Source: Hyphochytrium catenoides (lineage: Eukaryota > Protista > Hyphochytriomycota). Taken from it: DNA of 64,000 nt. Below the pieces are notes generated by a model that did not search any database, was not told the origin of the DNA, and saw nothing but the letters and a program-made list of their open reading frames with translations. Shown in pieces: positions 60,647 to 64,000 of the stretch. The DNA lies in the NCBI GenBank assembly GCA_900088475.1, contig FLMG01002184.1, positions 1-64,000 of the forward strand, written 5' to 3'. A program made the position numbers and the translations under genes. Every line of letters begins with the position of its first letter. The first letter of the stretch is position 1.

Positions 60647-63333
60647 ATGAGAATGGCAGGGAGAGCAGGCAGCAGGCTGCCCAAGAGGTCAGCAGTCACT
60701 CCGGAGTATGGGCGATCTACATTGAGAAGTGGCCGCTTTACCCCTTTCAGACTCCATCCCAAGCTCCTCAAAGTCTATACTCTCAAGAAGACCCGGGGCC
60801 TGGGAACATGGACGTTGGAGCTTGACGGAGATTGTTGGCGGCCGTTTAAGATTGAGGTTTGAGCGCTACCGCGCTACCAGGAGGAGTATACCTCGGCAGA
60901 CGAATTGACTATAATGGATATCAAGACGCTGAAGTTTGAAGTGCTGGACGCGGAAGCATGCGTATCCTTACAACTACTACTCAATACTAACTTCTCACCA
61001 TCCCGTAACCTAACCGCAAGAAGCGCTCCTTAACTCGCCTTCCATAGCGCAAGGTCCTTGCAGAAGGAAGCTCAGACTCTCTAACTCTTGACGTTCACAA
61101 TCGAGGGATTCGAGAGATTAACAATCTCGCAGAGGTAAGGAGTCCCTCTCGCCATTGAGAATCATACAAGCTAACTCTTATGCCTCCCCATATTGAACAG
61201 CTCCCAAACCTTCGAAGCCTTGATGTATCCTTCAATGAGCTTGCTTCCTTGAGAGGCATCAACAAACTAAAGGAGCTTCGTGAGCTGAAAGCGTATCACA
61301 ATCGTCTAGCATCCACGGACGGCCTTCAAGAGTATGCTAGAGACATGTGGTTGATGGTCTCCGACATGACCCTGACCCCTTCCGCCATGCAGGAACAGGA
61401 TGCTGGAGATGCTCTATCTGAATGACAACCACATCCGAACGATGTCGGAAGCTTTGCTGTCGCTACGAGCGCTAAGATTTCTGCGGCTTGATAAGAATGT
61501 GATTGGACGTATCTCGGGGCTAGATGGCTGCCGAAGTCTCACATACTTGGACCTTAGCCAGAATCGGCTTTCAAGTCTTGAGGTTAGGCTCCACGTTTTC
61601 TTTGAACAGTACGTTCTTAAGTCTCAAGCCTCTCATACCACCGTCAGGGGTTGCAAAGTTGCTCTTCGCTGGAACAGCTAAACGTGAACGAGAATCAGAT
61701 TCAAGACCTTTCTCCCTTGAAGAACCTTAAGCAGCTGTCAGAGCTTCAGGTCTGTGGGAATCTCCTAAGGCATGTGAACGGGATTGAACATCTTCGGAGT
61801 CTTTCGGTAGGTAGAAGGCTTGTTTACTTTTCAACTGGCAATTGGCCTAGAAGTAAGGCTTCCGTACAAGGTGCTGCGCATTAGCAGGAATCAGCTACCC
61901 TCGCTGAAGTGCTTCCCAATCATGCCAGCGCTTACTGAGCTCTATGTGGACCGAAACCAGCTTATAACGCTTTTAGCGGCCGGGGAGCTGTTTCCAAAGG
62001 TAAGCTTTCCTCTACATTAGTCTGGGGATGTCAAGAAAGCAACAAATACTAAGTGTGCTGGGCTGCAGCTTGACATTTTAGATGCCTCGAACAACTTGAT
62101 CATGGACCTTCAGAGTGTTGCCAGCCTTAAGGCATTGGACGAGATTCACCAACTCTGGCTCACGGGGAACCCATGCAGCAAGACAGAGAGGTCTGTCAAT
62201 TAATTTGAAAGAGCGATAATGCCTTTCCATGGTTGGACGCGTGACTGAGCACTTCGCCTTGTGTCTATTATCTGTTGTTTGGTGTGTCTTCAAATGTGTA
62301 GTTACTTTAAGGACGTCAAGACAATTCTTAAGAAGCTGCAGTTCCTTGACGACCACGAATATGGCGCAGATGGTACAGCTGTGCCTACTGCGGCAAGCAG
62401 ACCAGGATCTGCTGCCATAAGACCAGGGTCTGCATCCAGCCGCGCAGTCGGTGAGTAAACGGTCTTCGCTTCCTTCTTGGCCACCAACTGAGCAGTTGCT
62501 TCTCTCGTCACCTCTGGTCTGCCACGAGTAGCTTCAAACAGGCCAGGGTCCTCTAAGGGACGTACTGGAACAACCCACTCTCAAGGGAGTTTGTCGGCAC
62601 GATCGGATGGGAGCGACAGCATGTCCATCCCCCTTTTTCGGTCCGGAACATCGAGAATTGGTGCGTATATCAACTGCTGCTTATGTTGCTTGCAAATTGG
62701 TGTTAATCTTGCCATCTAGGTCCTGAGATGAAGCTACTGTCGGCTGAAGAGCTAGACCAAAAGGTCAGTCGGATGAAGGAGAGTTTACGCTCAGCAAGAT
62801 CCAAGGTAATAAGAGACGAATAGCTTCACTTCGACTATCGAAAGGGTCTAAAAGCTACCTGTCAGCTTGACTGTCTCCTAAGTCCAAGAACCCACGGAAC
62901 CAAAGAGGAAGAAACTTCTCTTAACACGGTTAGATATTCGCGTTCTCACGAGTCGAGAAAGTCATTCTCTCGGGAATCGACGCTTGGAACGGCGAAACGG
63001 ACAGAAGACGGGAGTGATAGAAGGATAGTGACGAAAGCGGATGCAGGGACAAATCCAATGTCTCCTACAAAACGCTCTGAAGTACCCCGGTTGCCGGTGG
63101 AAGGCATAGCCAATAATGAAGATGAGCGGCAACAAAGTAAGCACACAGAGCTGAACCCAGAGGATGACACGGCAGAAAGTTGGCTGCTGATGCAATCACC
63201 ACGCTTTGAGGCCATCAAGAGAGCGGAGCTTAAAAAGCCTCCATCAAGAGGTACAAGGTCTCTCGCGTCGTATAATTCCTTCCAGATCCCAACAAGTGCT
63301 AGAAAGATCATAGAGGCCGACTTGCCACACTAA
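60647..63333 (+). CDS. SDS22-type leucine-rich-repeat protein with LRRcap, short coiled coil and disordered tail; 5' end approximate
   Basis: About 10 LxxLxLxxNxI repeats (LRSLDVSFNEL, LTYLDLSQNRL, LEQLNVNENQI), LWLTGNP...LKKLQFLDD cap, RPGS repeats. Confidence 0.82.
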
Positions 63334-63440
63334 CCCCAACAAATGTGGTACAAAAAGTCACTCCATGTATGAATAGGGACGAGTCAGATTGGCGGGCCGT
63401 GCGCTGGTTAACTTAGCTACACAGCTGAAAAGTTACCCTA

Positions 63441-64000
63441 TTACTCTACGGCTGCCTGCGCTTCCTTCTCAGTGGAGAGGAAAGAGGCGAAAATATCTGA
63501 TCGCAGTACGTCAGCCATGCTTGGTCGCTTGTGGGGATCAATTGCAAGCATGCTCTCTAGTAACTCCATGGCACCGGATACTTGCATCAACCTTCGCCTA
63601 GCTCTAGAAATGTATTCGTTGTTTCCTTTCCTCAATGAATAGGACTTTTGGTCAGCCCTAAATCGCTCCGCTGTCAACGAATGTAATATAAGAAAAGCTG
63701 CGCGGCCATTAGAGCAGAGAATGAGGGGCCATACCTGTTGCACTTGGGCCCTGTAGACAGCGCTCAATCGCGGACCACACAGGCGACATAAAGACTTTTG
63801 CTTCGCATGCCGATGGGGGAGGCAAACCAATGAGGACGAGGATCCGGTAGAGCGTATTATACATAAGAACTTTGTCTTCCGCTTCGGGGGCAGCATCTAG
63901 AAGGACTCTGAATTGCCTTGAACATTTGGACCCCTAAACTCAAGTAAGACAAGCTCGAGGCTATATGTAGCAAGACATGGCCTACCTCCCAAACCTTCTT
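63441..64000 (-). CDS. 3' end of a protein kinase gene (continues beyond the window)
   Basis: AMELLESMLAIDPHKRPSMADVLRSDIF (subdomain XI); upstream exon in another frame YNTLYRILVLIGLP; stop TAA at 63441-63443. Confidence 0.7.

Noticed and set aside
1-64000. Alternative genetic code, CRISPR array, or prokaryotic operon/defence system
   Set aside because: Apparent in-frame stops resolve as introns, all three stop codons terminate genes, no repeat-spacer array is present, and the DNA is clearly spliceosomal-eukaryotic.

Overview
Gene-dense, intron-rich nuclear DNA of a eukaryotic microbe (standard code; mostly GT-AG introns, many 55-90 nt with CTRAC-like branch points). Several proteins look stramenopile/SAR-like, but the taxon cannot be fixed from sequence alone. 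By manually joining exons I can support about 17 genes, in order: TM-WW-phosphoglycerate mutase (-), pyruvate kinase (+), SGF29 (-), a ~14 kb full-length ABCA transporter (+), FAM21/WASHC2 (+), a PX-domain protein (-), PABPN1 (-), a SETMAR/SUVR3-like SET protein (+), RPL4 (-), a PH-ankyrin-AGC kinase (-), a Cys-rich secreted/GPI protein cut by a 75-nt N gap (+), a Spinster-type MFS transporter (+), a CNBD ion-channel subunit (+), a BSD/SYAP1-like protein (+), a ZBED/hAT-derived gene (-), an SDS22-type LRR protein (+) and the 3' end of a kinase (-). No rRNA, tRNA or CRISPR was seen. The best novelty candidates are four. (1) A cyclic-nucleotide-binding 6TM channel whose GYG filter is replaced by a short acidic loop and whose S4 is charge-depleted. 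(2) A membrane-anchored WW-domain phosphoglycerate mutase head-to-head with an N-terminally extended, divergent pyruvate kinase. (3) An intact but catalytically dead hAT transposase gene. (4) An Akt-like kinase with an ankyrin insert and a phosphomimetic hydrophobic motif. All gene models are hand-spliced, and family assignments come from motif recognition rather than searches.
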